Notes: generated from the letters alone by a model not told the origin. 64,000 bases of DNA from an uncultured Nitrososphaerota archaeon (GCA_963703285.1 OY969807.1:128001-192000); one strand, 5' to 3'. Counted from the stretch's first letter, positions 49,765 to 60,116 are shown. Translations and numbers: made by a program.

Positions 49765-49822
49765 AGTTGCCAGCAGGCCAGACTGGCTTCCTTTTTATCT
49801 TCTCCCCGACAATCTGTCAGCC

Positions 49823-50413
49823 GTGGAATACGAGAGTGTGGTCAAGAGGAGGCGCATGGTCAGGAACTTCCGGAGGGACGCGGGCGTCTCCGACGAAGAC
49901 GTCCGCCGCATGATGGACCTCGCCCAGCATTACCCGAGCGCCGGCTTCAGCCAGGGCGTGGCCTTCGTCGTCGTCAGGGACCCGGAGACCAAGAAGAAGC
50001 TCGGGGGAGAAGAGGAGCTCCAGCCGAACGGCAACCTGAACTTCGTCTCCTACGCGCCCGTGGTGATCGTCGTCTGCGTCAGCGAGGCAATCTACCACAG
50101 AAGGTACCAGGAGCCGGACAAGCTGCAGCCGGACGGGAAGGAGATAGAATGGCCAACGCCCTACTGGTTCTTCGATGCGGGAGCGGCCTCTATGATAATA
50201 CTCCACGCGGCCGTCAATCTGGGCTACGCTGCGGTCTTCGTGGGGGCTCCGGGCGAGGAGATTCAAGTCCTGAGGCAGACCCTGGGAATCCCGGACGAGT
50301 TCCATCCCGTGGGAATCATCTCGATCGGCAGAGCCGCGCCAGACGTCAAGTCGCCCTCGCTCAAGAGGGGGAGACGACCGTATCTCGATGTGGTTCACTT
50401 CGAGCGCTGGTAG
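49823..50413 (+). CDS. Nitroreductase family protein
   Basis: RRMVRNF, PSAGFSQ, DAGAA..I.HAAVNLG. Confidence 0.9.
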   Translation: MEYESVVKRRRMVRNFRRDAGVSDEDVRRMMDLAQHYPSAGFSQGVAFVVVRDPETKKKLGGEEELQPNGNLNFVSYAPVVIVVCVSEAIYHRRYQEPDKLQPDGKEIEWPTPYWFFDAGAASMIILHAAVNLGYAAVFVGAPGEEIQVLRQTLGIPDEFHPVGIISIGRAAPDVKSPSLKRGRRPYLDVVHFERW

Positions 50414-50439
50414 GAGGCTGACCTTCCCGATTGTGCTGA

Positions 50440-52425
50440 CTAGATTCTCTCGACCGTCTCGATTCCGCAGAGCCCGAGGACGTCCTTCAGCTCCGCCGCG
50501 AACCCTTCCACCAGCGCCAGCCTCGCCGCCTTTATGCTCGGGTCGGGCTCCCTGTTGACCTGAACCGTCTCGTAGAACTCGTTGAACACTGAGCAAATCC
50601 TGTGCGCATACCTAGCTACCTCCTTGGGGTTCAGATAATCCCCCGCTTCGATGACCGACTTGTCGTACATCGAAAGGAGCTTTACGAGCTCGACCTCCTT
50701 CGGGCTGTTCAGGTGCGCGGCGCTCTCCTCGTCTATAGATGGAGCCATCCCCGCCTTCGAGAGGATGCGCCTCGCCCTCGCGTAGCTGTACAACAGGTAG
50801 GGCCCTGTCTCGCCCTGAAGTTCGAGGGCCGAGTCCATGTCGAAGACGATCATCTTGTCCGGGTCCTGCTTCAGCAGCTCGAACCTGAACGCGGCGATCG
50901 CCAGGCACTCGGCTACCTCCTCGACCCAGGCCTCCGAGTCCTCGGGGTTCCGCTTCCTAGTCTCCGCCGCGGCCTTTTTCCGCAGGGCTTCCAGCACGAC
51001 GTCGACGTTGATGTAGACGCCCTTACGTCCCTGCATGTGGATGAACTCTTTCTCGGTCTGGACGCCTAGGGACTCCGCCGACTTCTTGGAGAGTGCGACG
51101 ACCTCGTACCCACGGTGAAGGTACCTGCCACGCTTGCTGGGATCCATCATCTCGAGGACCCTCCCGACAATCTTCTGGAGCCTGCTCTGTCTCGTATCTA
51201 TGACAGAGATTGCCGAGTCGGCCCCCCAGAACCTTGGATGCTCGGGCCTGCTGGGCCCGGTCGTCGTGGTCCAGAGGTCCCCCGAACCGGGCTGACTACT
51301 GTAGACCTCGTACCCGAAAGGGTCGTCGATGAGGCCCACCTTCCACGCCGCGTAGGGTATGTCCTTCGAGACGTAGACCGCGGTGCCGTCGGACCTCACG
51401 AGGACCTTCTCGTCCCCGGCCTCGGCGTCCTTGATCACCCAGCAGCCCGCGTTCTCCCCTTCGGTCTCGAATACAGCTATCCCTTCCTCCTTTAGCTTGC
51501 CGAAGAGCGTTTCCCACATGCCCGTCTTCAGGATGTGGGATTCCCAGTTGAGGAGATCGTACCGCGCCCCGAGCCTCCAGCAAGTCTTGAGTTGGTCGGC
51601 CAGGATTCTGAGCACCACCCCGTGGGCGAAGTCGCTTATCTCCCCACTTCCCCGCTCGATCTCCTTGAGGACGAGCCTCTGCTTTTCCTTGAGAGACGGG
51701 TCCTCCTCGTACATCCTGTTCACGCCCGTGTAGACGGTATCGCCGGCGTAGGTATCGAACTTCACGCCAGCTGGCGCCTTGTCACTGAAGCCCAGAAACC
51801 TCATCCCCACGATCACGTCAGCGACCTGCGCGCCAGAGTCGTCGATGTAGTTCAGCACCTGGACGGAGTTGCCCAGCTTCCTCATTATCCTCGCAAGCGA
51901 GTCCCCGAGCACTAGGTTCCTCGCGTGTCCGATGTGGAGAGACTTGTTTGGGTTCACGTTCGTGTGCTCGATCAGGACGCGCTTGCTTTCGAGTCCGAAG
52001 GGGCCGATGCCGCCGAGCGCCTGGGAGAGGGCACCGAACGCGAACCTTTGCCAGTTCAGCGTGAAGTTCAGATAACCAGAGCTATGAGCCTTGACCGAGG
52101 CGGTCAGGCGGAGGTTTCCGGCCGCGTTGATGGACCTCTCGAGTTCCTCGGCGATGGAAGCGGGCGGTCTCTTGGCTTGCCTCGCCAACTGCAGGGCGAC
52201 TGCGCACGACAGGTCGCCGAGGCCCTCCTTGTTCGGGACGAGAAGCTCGATCCGAGAATCGGGATAGCCCATCTCCCGCAGGGCACCCTCTATCGCCGCC
52301 CGGACTTCTTCCTCGAACTCCCTGAAGATCAAACTCTCTTTCCCGTCTCTTCGCCTGACGGCTGATAAGGTCTTCGCGACTGACGTGGGTTCAAACGTGG
52401 TTGCTGTAATTTCGGGCTCAACCAC
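50440..52425 (-). CDS. argS: Arginyl-tRNA synthetase (true start may be TTG 52332)
   Basis: EHTNVNPNKSLHIGH, MQGRKG, GPYLLYSYAR, FNEFYE. Confidence 0.95.
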   Translation of the reverse strand: MVEPEITATTFEPTSVAKTLSAVRRRDGKESLIFREFEEEVRAAIEGALREMGYPDSRIELLVPNKEGLGDLSCAVALQLARQAKRPPASIAEELERSINAAGNLRLTASVKAHSSGYLNFTLNWQRFAFGALSQALGGIGPFGLESKRVLIEHTNVNPNKSLHIGHARNLVLGDSLARIMRKLGNSVQVLNYIDDSGAQVADVIVGMRFLGFSDKAPAGVKFDTYAGDTVYTGVNRMYEEDPSLKEKQRLVLKEIERGSGEISDFAHGVVLRILADQLKTCWRLGARYDLLNWESHILKTGMWETLFGKLKEEGIAVFETEGENAGCWVIKDAEAGDEKVLVRSDGTAVYVSKDIPYAAWKVGLIDDPFGYEVYSSQPGSGDLWTTTTGPSRPEHPRFWGADSAISVIDTRQSRLQKIVGRVLEMMDPSKRGRYLHRGYEVVALSKKSAESLGVQTEKEFIHMQGRKGVYINVDVVLEALRKKAAAETRKRNPEDSEAWVEEVAECLAIAAFRFELLKQDPDKMIVFDMDSALELQGETGPYLLYSYARARRILSKAGMAPSIDEESAAHLNSPKEVELVKLLSMYDKSVIEAGDYLNPKEVARYAHRICSVFNEFYETVQVNREPDPSIKAARLALVEGFAAELKDVLGLCGIETVERI

Positions 52426-52471
52426 TGCGCGTGGTCAAGGATTAATAGACCGCGACCGTGAGGCGCCAAGC

Positions 52472-52613
52472 GGGCCCGTAGCCTAGACCATTCGTTTGAG
52501 GGGAAGCATGCGCGCGCAAAGCATGCTACTCACAAATACGGATTAGGGCGTCAGCCTCCGAAGCTGAAGAGCGTTCTCAGAGACCGTGGGTTCAAATCCC
52601 ATCGGGCCCGCCA
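52472..52613 (+). tRNA. tRNA-Arg(CCG) with an ~50-nt D-loop insertion and a 13-nt intron at 45/46; CCA encoded
   Basis: Exons nearly identical to tRNA-Arg(GCG); loop CT-CCG-AA; BHB CTGA-AGA/TCAG-AGA defines intron 52570-52582. Confidence 0.88.
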
Positions 52614-52726
52614 TTTTCCCCACCAGTTGCTCGACCAGTTGTAATCTCCGGAGAACCTCATGGCTGTAACTCACGCCTCCCCTTGAGGGTTCCGCACCTA
52701 TGCGGCTGGCGTAGGTACGTCCTTCC

Positions 52727-53182
52727 TTAGCCGCAGCTGACGACGACCATGGCGCTGTTCGGCTGCGTCAGAACCGTAGAGTTGGCCGGCGCACCCTGGA
52801 TCGCTATGCTCCCCCCGGGTGCGGTCAGGTGATAGGCGATGGCTGTCGAGGAACCAGGATACGGGGGGACCGTGGTCACCGGGGTGATGGTAAGACAGGA
52901 CAGACTAGCAGGCACCGTCGCGGTCGTGCCTCCCTCGGGGCAGCCGATGTAGTACTCGGACGATAGGTGGTGGATTATGCCCGTGGTAGAGACGTCAACA
53001 TCACTCCCGCTCTTCGTAGCTGTGATGCAGGCGTAGTGCAAACCGCCCGAAGACGGGATGGCGCCCGCCGCCGCGACTGTCACGCCAACAGCGAGGATGA
53101 CGATGAACAGTATGAGATAGCCGCTCGACCACAGCGATTTCCCCTTTCTGGGCGGTGCAGTCTCCTGAGCCTCGACGTTCAT
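52727..53182 (-). CDS. Hypothetical membrane-anchored secreted protein with four Cys
   Basis: N-terminal TM followed by a Ser/Thr-rich beta domain. Confidence 0.6.
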   Translation of the reverse strand: MNVEAQETAPPRKGKSLWSSGYLILFIVILAVGVTVAAAGAIPSSGGLHYACITATKSGSDVDVSTTGIIHHLSSEYYIGCPEGGTTATVPASLSCLTITPVTTVPPYPGSSTAIAYHLTAPGGSIAIQGAPANSTVLTQPNSAMVVVSCG

Positions 53183-53312
53183 GCTGCGGGTTGCCCGTCA
53201 ACCTGTGAACCCGTATAAGCGTGCCGGACGCCGCGTTCTTTAGCGGGTTCCTCCCTGAACAAAGGTAGTCATTGATGACTTAAATATTCACCATCACCGC
53301 CCAGAGAATGAC

Positions 53313-53582
53313 ATGTGGTTCATCACCCTAGTCAAACTGCGGAAAGCTCCGACCATGCAAGAGTCCGAGGCCATGAACAAGATGATGATGGAGGCTGCCG
53401 AGAAGATGGGCATCAAGATTCATCAAGGTTTCATGACCCTCGGAAGGTACGACTCGGTATGGATCTCGGAGGCTCCCGACATCAGCGGGCCTATGAAGAT
53501 GTCGATGATGGGAGCAGACTCCGCAGCATCCGAAACCCTCGTCGCGGTCTCATACGAAGACGCGATGAAGTGGATGAAGTAG
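53313..53582 (+). CDS. GYD-domain protein
   Basis: TLGRYD, SEAPD, SETLVA. Confidence 0.85.
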   Translation: MWFITLVKLRKAPTMQESEAMNKMMMEAAEKMGIKIHQGFMTLGRYDSVWISEAPDISGPMKMSMMGADSAASETLVAVSYEDAMKWMK

Positions 53583-53719
53583 AACGCGACAGCGTTCTAC
53601 CTCCCTTTATTTTCGCACAGCCTGCCGAATCGCAGGACGCCCCCTAGCTCGATTGTAAGCCCGGGTTCGCAACCCCCTGAGAGGTTACCCTGACAGAAGC
53701 TGACCAGCCTTGGCGGCCG

Positions 53720-54230
53720 AGGCCGCGGATCGAGTCTCTATCCGACATGATTTTCGGTCTCGCGCTCTCGGTCGGGGCCATCACGCTCGTGAGTAGCCCT
53801 CCGACCACCGCCTCCGCCACCTACGGCGACCTGGCGACGTTCGGCTTCATCGAGCCCTTCCTCTTCAACATCGTGCGGAGGGTCCCCCCTGGCGTCATCA
53901 ACACTGGCGGCTGAGAACGCCACCTCGACGCTCTATTCGCTCGACCTCGCTGCGATGATGATAAGCTTCGGTTTCTTCACATTCTGCGTTGCCGCTGAGG
54001 AGAAGCGGCTGATCCCGAAGGAGCTCGTGAGGGAGTTCCAGCGCGAGACGACCACCCGGTTCATATCGGGTAGCACCTTCCTCGTGACGGCGCTACCGTT
54101 CTTCTTCAACCACTAGGTCGGCGGGCTCCCGCTGAGGTACGCTCTCTGGTTCGCCCCGATGCTATTCATCGGGGGTACCCGCTGGTACCAGCGGATATCC
54201 GCAGGATTCGAAGCGGTGAATCCCGCCGAG
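53720..54230 (+). pseudogene. TMEM175-like K+ channel pseudogene
   Basis: RIESLSDMIFGLALS; apparent internal deletion before IEPFLFN, frameshift near 53910, in-frame TAG at 54114. Confidence 0.7.
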
Positions 54231-54269
54231 CGGGGGCCGCACAAGCAGATCGGAAGACCGAATAGCTGC

Positions 54270-55214
54270 TTAGGTACCTTCTCTCGGGCGCCTGCGGGCC
54301 TGCCTTATTCCTTGGGGCCTGAAGATGGGCGTCCCCTCCTCCGGCCGTGAGACGATCTCCCTGAACTCGTCGTAGAGCTCCCTCGTGATCGGACCCACCC
54401 TCCCGGTCCCTATCTTCCTTCCGCTTACCGTTCCCACTGCTGCGAGTCCGAGGAGCGTACCCGTGAAGAACGCCTCTTCTGCGGTGTAGAGGTCGAACGG
54501 GGTGACATCGCGCTCCGACAGCTGGTACTTCAGATCCCGGCAGAGCTTCATGACCCGGGCCCTCGTAATCCCGTGGAGTATCCCCGCCGACGACGGGGGC
54601 GTGAAGATGGCCCCTTCCTTGACGAGGAAGATGTTCATCGTGGACCCCTCCGATACGAACCCCCTGTGGTCAAGCAGTATCGGGTAGTCCACCCCCGCCC
54701 GATTCGACTCGAGGACCGCCATGACGCTGTTGAGGTAGTTCAGCGACTTTATCTCGTGCGAGGTGGAGTCGACAGGGTCTCTCCTGACCGACGTGATGAT
54801 GGTGGAGACGACCCTGGGGTCCTTCGAGAACGTCGAAGTCGAGACCTGCTCCGCTATGACGAACACGCCGCTCTCCTTGCACGACCTCGGGTTGACGCTC
54901 ATGTCGCCTACCCCTCTTGTGACCACGAGCCTGATGTAGGCGTTCTGGAAGTTGTTCCTCCTAAGCGTCTCGGTCACCGTCTCGACCATCTGCTCCCTCT
55001 CCATCGGGATCGTCAGCTCGATGCAGCCGGCAGACTGGAAGAGCCTGTCCACGTGCTCCTTCAGCTTGAAGACGTAGCCGTCGAACGCCCTTATGCCCTC
55101 GAAGACGCCGTCGCCGTACAGAAGACCGTGGTCGAAGACCGAGACCTTGGCCTCGGAACTGGGAACGAACGCTCCGTTCAGGTAGACTAGGGGCTCCTTT
55201 TGCACGGGGTACAT
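54270..55214 (-). CDS. ilvE: Branched-chain amino acid aminotransferase (class IV)
   Basis: DHGLLYGDGVFEG, IKSLNY, EG..MNIF, LHGITR. Confidence 0.93.
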   Translation of the reverse strand: MYPVQKEPLVYLNGAFVPSSEAKVSVFDHGLLYGDGVFEGIRAFDGYVFKLKEHVDRLFQSAGCIELTIPMEREQMVETVTETLRRNNFQNAYIRLVVTRGVGDMSVNPRSCKESGVFVIAEQVSTSTFSKDPRVVSTIITSVRRDPVDSTSHEIKSLNYLNSVMAVLESNRAGVDYPILLDHRGFVSEGSTMNIFLVKEGAIFTPPSSAGILHGITRARVMKLCRDLKYQLSERDVTPFDLYTAEEAFFTGTLLGLAAVGTVSGRKIGTGRVGPITRELYDEFREIVSRPEEGTPIFRPQGIRQARRRPREGT

Positions 55215-55319
55215 CCCCGGGCCCGATAGAAATGCGTTGCTCTCCGTCGGATCCCGCGAGCCACCCTCTTCCTCCCCTAGAAATTAATACGGCTCGGCTG
55301 GTCGGATGCCCGCCCCGAT

Positions 55320-56282
55320 ATGGACGGCCATACAATAGGCATCTTCGGAAGCAATCCGGGTCAGAAGATCCGGCTGATGTCGGCCATCGGAAAGAAGAGC
55401 GAGGTCGAAGGGATCATTGTCTATCACAAGAACGAGGCGGGGAAGAGGTACTCTCTGCTTGACGACTCCCAGTACCCCGAGAGGATCCAGGGCTGCTCGA
55501 GGATTGCATCGATCTGCGATTATGCCTATTATCTCATGCCTCCGGGCGGCAGGCTCACACCGCCCGACGGCGAGATCGCCGTGCTCCTAGATACCTACGG
55601 ACTCCCGGGGACTGTCGTGATAATCGACGGCGCCGCGCCTCCGGACGCCGCCAGGTCCGCCTTCAAGGGATTGAAGCTGGCGGACTATCCCATAGATCAG
55701 AGGGCGGGTGACTCGTCGATCATCGACCTCTCCAAGATCGGTCCTTCTCCCAACTCGCCCCCCTCTGGGACGCTCATCTACATCGACCGGGCGTTCAGCG
55801 TGAAAGGGGTCGGGACGGTCGTCCTCGGTTTCGTACTCGGCGGCAAGGTCTCCGTACACGACAGGCTGCGGGCGGTACCCACGTCGCCTGAGAAGACCGT
55901 CGAAGTCAAGGGGATACAGGTGAACGACGAGGACTACGAGAGCGCAGGAGAGGGCATAAGGGTGGGTCTTTCCCTCAAGGGTGTGGATGCCAAGGAACTC
56001 GACAAGGCCGCCTGGCTGGACGACGGTTCGTTCAGGCTCACGGACAGCCCCCGCTTCCGGTTCTCTCGAACGCCCTACTACAGGCAGGAAATCGGAGGGC
56101 GCGACCTACACGTCCAGCTTCCCGGAGAGATGATGCCTGCGAGCATCAAGCCTGCCCAACCCGACGCCTTCACCGCGGCGCTCCTCAGCCCGGTCCCCGT
56201 CTGGGACGGGATGCGGATGGCGATCGTCGACCTGAACGGGAAGAACCTCAGAATTGCCGGCGGCGGAACGGTCGGCGCCTAA
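55320..56282 (+). CDS. Archaeal SelB-like protein (aSelBL)
   Basis: IDRAFSVKGVGTVVLG, VKGIQVND, RVGLSLKG; degenerate G domain. Confidence 0.8.
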   Translation: MDGHTIGIFGSNPGQKIRLMSAIGKKSEVEGIIVYHKNEAGKRYSLLDDSQYPERIQGCSRIASICDYAYYLMPPGGRLTPPDGEIAVLLDTYGLPGTVVIIDGAAPPDAARSAFKGLKLADYPIDQRAGDSSIIDLSKIGPSPNSPPSGTLIYIDRAFSVKGVGTVVLGFVLGGKVSVHDRLRAVPTSPEKTVEVKGIQVNDEDYESAGEGIRVGLSLKGVDAKELDKAAWLDDGSFRLTDSPRFRFSRTPYYRQEIGGRDLHVQLPGEMMPASIKPAQPDAFTAALLSPVPVWDGMRMAIVDLNGKNLRIAGGGTVGA

Positions 56283-56289
56283 CGCGTCG

Positions 56290-56598
56290 TCAGGCCTGTC
56301 TCAGCGTCTCTTCGAGCTTCTTGAAACTGATCTCGAGGGTGTTCATGCGCTTGTCCATCGAGTCCATGCGTATGGAGACCCCTGACTTCATGGAGTTGAT
56401 GTCCGACCTCATGGCGCTCAGCTCCGTCTTCAGGTTGGCGAACTTGGCCCCCTGGTCCTCCAGCATCGAGTCCGACTTGGAGTTGGCCTCCGCCCGCGTG
56501 CTTCTGATAAGCTCTTCGACCCGCTTCACCTGAGCCTGCGTCTCCGCGATCTGCGCATCCAGCTTCTCCAGCGCGGACTGAATCCTCGGGAGCGACAT
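56290..56598 (-). CDS. Hypothetical coiled-coil protein
   Basis: Continuous heptad pattern; TATA (TTATATA) upstream. Confidence 0.7.
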   Translation of the reverse strand: MSLPRIQSALEKLDAQIAETQAQVKRVEELIRSTRAEANSKSDSMLEDQGAKFANLKTELSAMRSDINSMKSGVSIRMDSMDKRMNTLEISFKKLEETLRQA

Positions 56599-56735
56599 CT
56601 CCCTAGTACCTGACGATTTTCTCTATATAAGGTTCTGTTGGCAGGTCGCCCCGGTCGGGCGAAGCTCGGGACTTCGGCATCCGGCGGTCCTCCCCCTTCC
56701 CCGCCTCCAAGCTCCACAGCAGCCGCTTCGTCACT

Positions 56736-57122
56736 TCACTCCTCGAAGACCTCGATCTCTGTGCTCTTCCTGACGAAGTTGGAGAACTTCCCCTTGAAGG
56801 TCGTCGCCTTGACGTGGGCGTCGTCTATGAAGTGGTACTCAACGTAGGGCGGGAGCTTGCGGGGCTTGTTCAGGATCAGCTGATGGTACCTCACGCCGTG
56901 CCTCTTGAGCCAGTCCCTTGTTGCCTCCTCGTGCTCGTCGGTGCGCGCCGTGAAGAAGCAGATGTAGTTTCCCTCGTCGTAGAGCTTGTTTATCGCGCTT
57001 ATCGAGTCGTTGAACGGCCTCGCGTGCCTCATCTTCTCGGCGCCGAGTTCGTTGGGGACGTTCTCGCATATCGTCCCGTCGATGTCTATGATGAATATCT
57101 TCAACCGCGCTGGCCCCGCCAA
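56736..57122 (-). CDS. Small capless HAD-family phosphatase
   Basis: IDIDGTI, FTAR, KP, FIDD. Confidence 0.82.
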   Translation of the reverse strand: MAGPARLKIFIIDIDGTICENVPNELGAEKMRHARPFNDSISAINKLYDEGNYICFFTARTDEHEEATRDWLKRHGVRYHQLILNKPRKLPPYVEYHFIDDAHVKATTFKGKFSNFVRKSTEIEVFEE

Positions 57123-57911
57123 CTATGCGGACGGCTTCACGGAGGCGATCTGGAGGTTCTCGAAGAGCACCTTCCTCATCAGCTCCGCCATCTTCAACGG
57201 GTCTTGGTGCTGCCAGACGTTCCTGCCCACCGCGATGCCCGTCGCGCCAGCGTCGGCTGCTCCCCTCACCTGGGCGAGGAACGCGTCATCCGTTGCGGCC
57301 TTCGGCCCCCCGGACATGAAGACCTTGACCTTGCCCGCCGACCTCACAGCCCATGCGAACGACTGGCTGTCTCCCGTGTACTTTATCTTCGCGGCGTCCG
57401 CGCCCAGCTCCAGAGCCGTCCTGGCTGCGTAGGAGACGACCTCCCTCGACGTGTCGTTCTGCACCGCGGCGCCCCTCGGGTAGACCCACGCAATCGCGGC
57501 GAGCCCACTCTCGTGTGCTTCCTCCTGGATCGCGCCGAACTCCTTGAACATGTCCGCCTCGAAGGCACTCCCCAGGTAGATGGTGTAGCCGATGGCCCTC
57601 GCGCCCAGCGAGACCGCGTACTCCACCGAACAGTTCTGCTTGGCGTTCGGCTCCCCCTTCGAGAGGCTCGACTTGCCGTTCACCTTCACGATGAGGGGGA
57701 CCTTGCCGTCGTAGTAACGCTCGGCGACGCCCTTCTGGAGCGCGAGCCCGTTGAACCCGCCCTTCGACGCTATCTCGACTATGAAGGACGGGTCGACGTT
57801 CCTGTTGTCAAAGTCCACCGACGGCCCATGCTCAAGGCCTTGGTCGTATGCTAGGATGAGGCTCTTCCCTTCCTTTAGGAAGACGCCCATGAGGTCGTTC
57901 TTGCCCGTCAA
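57123..57911 (-). CDS. Class I (DhnA-type) fructose-bisphosphate aldolase
   Basis: LAYDQGLEHGP, WVYPRG, ELGADAAKIKY, SGGPK, AVGRNVWQ. Confidence 0.9.
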   Translation of the reverse strand: MTGKNDLMGVFLKEGKSLILAYDQGLEHGPSVDFDNRNVDPSFIVEIASKGGFNGLALQKGVAERYYDGKVPLIVKVNGKSSLSKGEPNAKQNCSVEYAVSLGARAIGYTIYLGSAFEADMFKEFGAIQEEAHESGLAAIAWVYPRGAAVQNDTSREVVSYAARTALELGADAAKIKYTGDSQSFAWAVRSAGKVKVFMSGGPKAATDDAFLAQVRGAADAGATGIAVGRNVWQHQDPLKMAELMRKVLFENLQIASVKPSA

Positions 57912-57969
57912 GCATCGTCACGCAACAGCTTTATCCCCTGCACGGGATATTTAAGAGTGCAGCGACAAT

Positions 57970-58866
57970 TTGACGAATCTGGATGATTACCTCAGAGATT
58001 ATACGCCGTCGGACCTAGCGAGGCTGCTGTCCAACGTCGCGGCCACGAGCGTCCAGGTCAGGCGCGCGTTCCCTTTCACCACCAAGCTGACGAGGGAGGT
58101 GAATCCGTCTGGCGAGAGGCAGACCGAGATAGACGTCTACGCGAACGAGCTGTTCGCGTCATCCCTCCTCGCGACGGGACTCGTAGCAGAGGTGGCATCC
58201 GAGGAGATGGCCGAGCCGAGGAGAGGACCGGGAAGGGTACACGTCGCGATGGACCCGCTCGATGGCTCTTCGAACATCGCGACGAACAACCCGCTCGGGA
58301 GCATTTTCGGATTCTACTCCTCCGCCCTCCCCTGCTCAGGCGAGCGACTGGTCGGGTCGGCGTTCGTCACCTATGGGCCGATGCTGACACTCACCTTCAC
58401 CATGGGCTCGGGGGTCAAGACCTTCGTCGCGACGGAGGGCGGAGAGGGCAACCCGTTTGTTCTCATGGAAGACGACGCCAGGATTCCGGCCGAGCCGGAG
58501 GTCTACGGCCTGGGGGGAGAGAGGCAGGACTGGATAGCGCCCGTCGAGCAGTTCGTCACGTCTTTGGAGCGCCGCGGCCTCAAGCTGCGCTACGGAGGGA
58601 CGTTCGTGGGGGACTTCAACCAGGTGCTGAGGCGTGGCGGCATCTTCGCCTATCCGGCGCTCAAGCACAAGCCCCGCGGCAAGCTCCGCGTCCTGTACGA
58701 AGCCGCTCCCATGGCCTTGATTACCAGGGACGCTGGGGGTCGGGCCTCGGACGGCCGCCGTGACGTCCTCTCCATCACACCGGCGGCCCTCGCCGAGACG
58801 ACGCCCCTCTACCTAGGCTCTCCGGGGCTGGTGAACGAGGTCGAGTCCTTGATCGCTCGGTCCTAG
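57970..58866 (+). CDS. fbp: Class I fructose-1,6-bisphosphatase
   Basis: NPSGE, ASEE, DPLDGSSN, RYGG, GGIFAYP, GKLRVLYE. Confidence 0.92.
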   Translation: MTNLDDYLRDYTPSDLARLLSNVAATSVQVRRAFPFTTKLTREVNPSGERQTEIDVYANELFASSLLATGLVAEVASEEMAEPRRGPGRVHVAMDPLDGSSNIATNNPLGSIFGFYSSALPCSGERLVGSAFVTYGPMLTLTFTMGSGVKTFVATEGGEGNPFVLMEDDARIPAEPEVYGLGGERQDWIAPVEQFVTSLERRGLKLRYGGTFVGDFNQVLRRGGIFAYPALKHKPRGKLRVLYEAAPMALITRDAGGRASDGRRDVLSITPAALAETTPLYLGSPGLVNEVESLIARS

Positions 58867-60116
58867 GGCCAGAGCCCCAGCGTCTTGACAGCTTCGGCGA
58901 CCCTGCCCACGCCGACGATGAGTGCTCCGGTCCTCATGGAAACCCCGTGCTTCTTCGCCTCTTGGTGGACCCCCTTGAAGGCTGAGGTAATCTTTGCTTC
59001 CAGGTTCGAGTTCACCTCTTCCTCGGTCCAGTACAGCCTCTCCAGGTTCTGAACCCACTCTAGGTAGCTCACGATGACCCCGCCCGAGTTGGCCAGGATG
59101 TCCGGGATTAGGAAGACGCCGTTCGAGTCCAGGACCCTGTCGGCCTCCGGCGTCGTGGGACCGTTGGCGCACTCCGCGATGATTTTGGCCTTCACGCCCT
59201 TGGCGATGTCCTTGGTGATCGCGTTCTCGAGTGCGGCCGGGCACAGTATGTCGCACTCGCTCTCGAGGAGCTCTTCGTTGCTTATCGGCTCGGCTCCCGC
59301 GAAGCCGACGACGGAACCTCCCTTCTCCTTGTGCGCCAGGACCTTCTTCGCGTCGAGGCCCCTCTTGTTGTAGATGCCTCCCTGGGAGTCGCTTGCGGCG
59401 ACGACCTTCGCTCCCATCTGCTCCACTATCAGGGCGTAGTTCGCTCCCGCGTTGCCGAAGCCCTGGACCGCTACGGTGGCCCCCTTGAGCGGGACCTTGG
59501 TGACCTTCGCGGCGTCCCTCGTGCAGAACGCGGCGCCCCTCCCGGTCGCAGTGTCCCTCCCGAGCGACCCCCCGAGGGCGACCGGCTTCCCCGTGACCAC
59601 CCCGGGGACGGAGTGCCCCTTCATGAGGCTGTACGTGTCAAGTATCCAAGCCATCACCTGCGAGTTCGTGTAGACGTCGGGCGCAGGGATGTCCTGGTCC
59701 GGCCCTATGATGCCGGATATGGCGACAGTGTACCTGCGAGTAAGCCTCTCTATCTCATCCTGCGACATATGCTTCGGGTCGCAGATCACGCCCCCCTTGG
59801 CGCCTCCGAACGGTATGTCGGCGACGCTGCACTTCCAGGTCATCCAGGCCGAGAGCGCCTTGACCTCGTCCAGCGTCACCCCCGGATGGTACCTGATTCC
59901 GCCCTTGAACGGACCCCTCGCGTCGTTGTACTGGACCCTGTAGCCCGTGAAGACGCGAGTGTTCCCGTCGTCCATCTTCACCGGCAGCGAGACCGTGAGG
60001 ATCCGCTTGGGTTGTCGGAGGAAGTCCCTTACGCCCGGCTCGAGCTTCAGATACTCTCCTGCGATGTCGAGCTGTTCCAGGACGTTGTCAAAGGGATTCG
60101 GATTAGACTTGCTCAT
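58863..60116 (-). CDS. gdhA: Glutamate dehydrogenase
   Basis: GPFKGGIRYHP, GGAKGG, PAPD, QGFGNAG, ANSGGV.VSY.EW. Confidence 0.95.
   Translation of the reverse strand: MSKSNPNPFDNVLEQLDIAGEYLKLEPGVRDFLRQPKRILTVSLPVKMDDGNTRVFTGYRVQYNDARGPFKGGIRYHPGVTLDEVKALSAWMTWKCSVADIPFGGAKGGVICDPKHMSQDEIERLTRRYTVAISGIIGPDQDIPAPDVYTNSQVMAWILDTYSLMKGHSVPGVVTGKPVALGGSLGRDTATGRGAAFCTRDAAKVTKVPLKGATVAVQGFGNAGANYALIVEQMGAKVVAASDSQGGIYNKRGLDAKKVLAHKEKGGSVVGFAGAEPISNEELLESECDILCPAALENAITKDIAKGVKAKIIAECANGPTTPEADRVLDSNGVFLIPDILANSGGVIVSYLEWVQNLERLYWTEEEVNSNLEAKITSAFKGVHQEAKKHGVSMRTGALIVGVGRVAEAVKTLGLWP

Noticed and set aside
56631-56640. Third IS6-like end (GGTTCTGTTG)
   Set aside because: Only a 9-bp match, with no partner TIR or TSD found.
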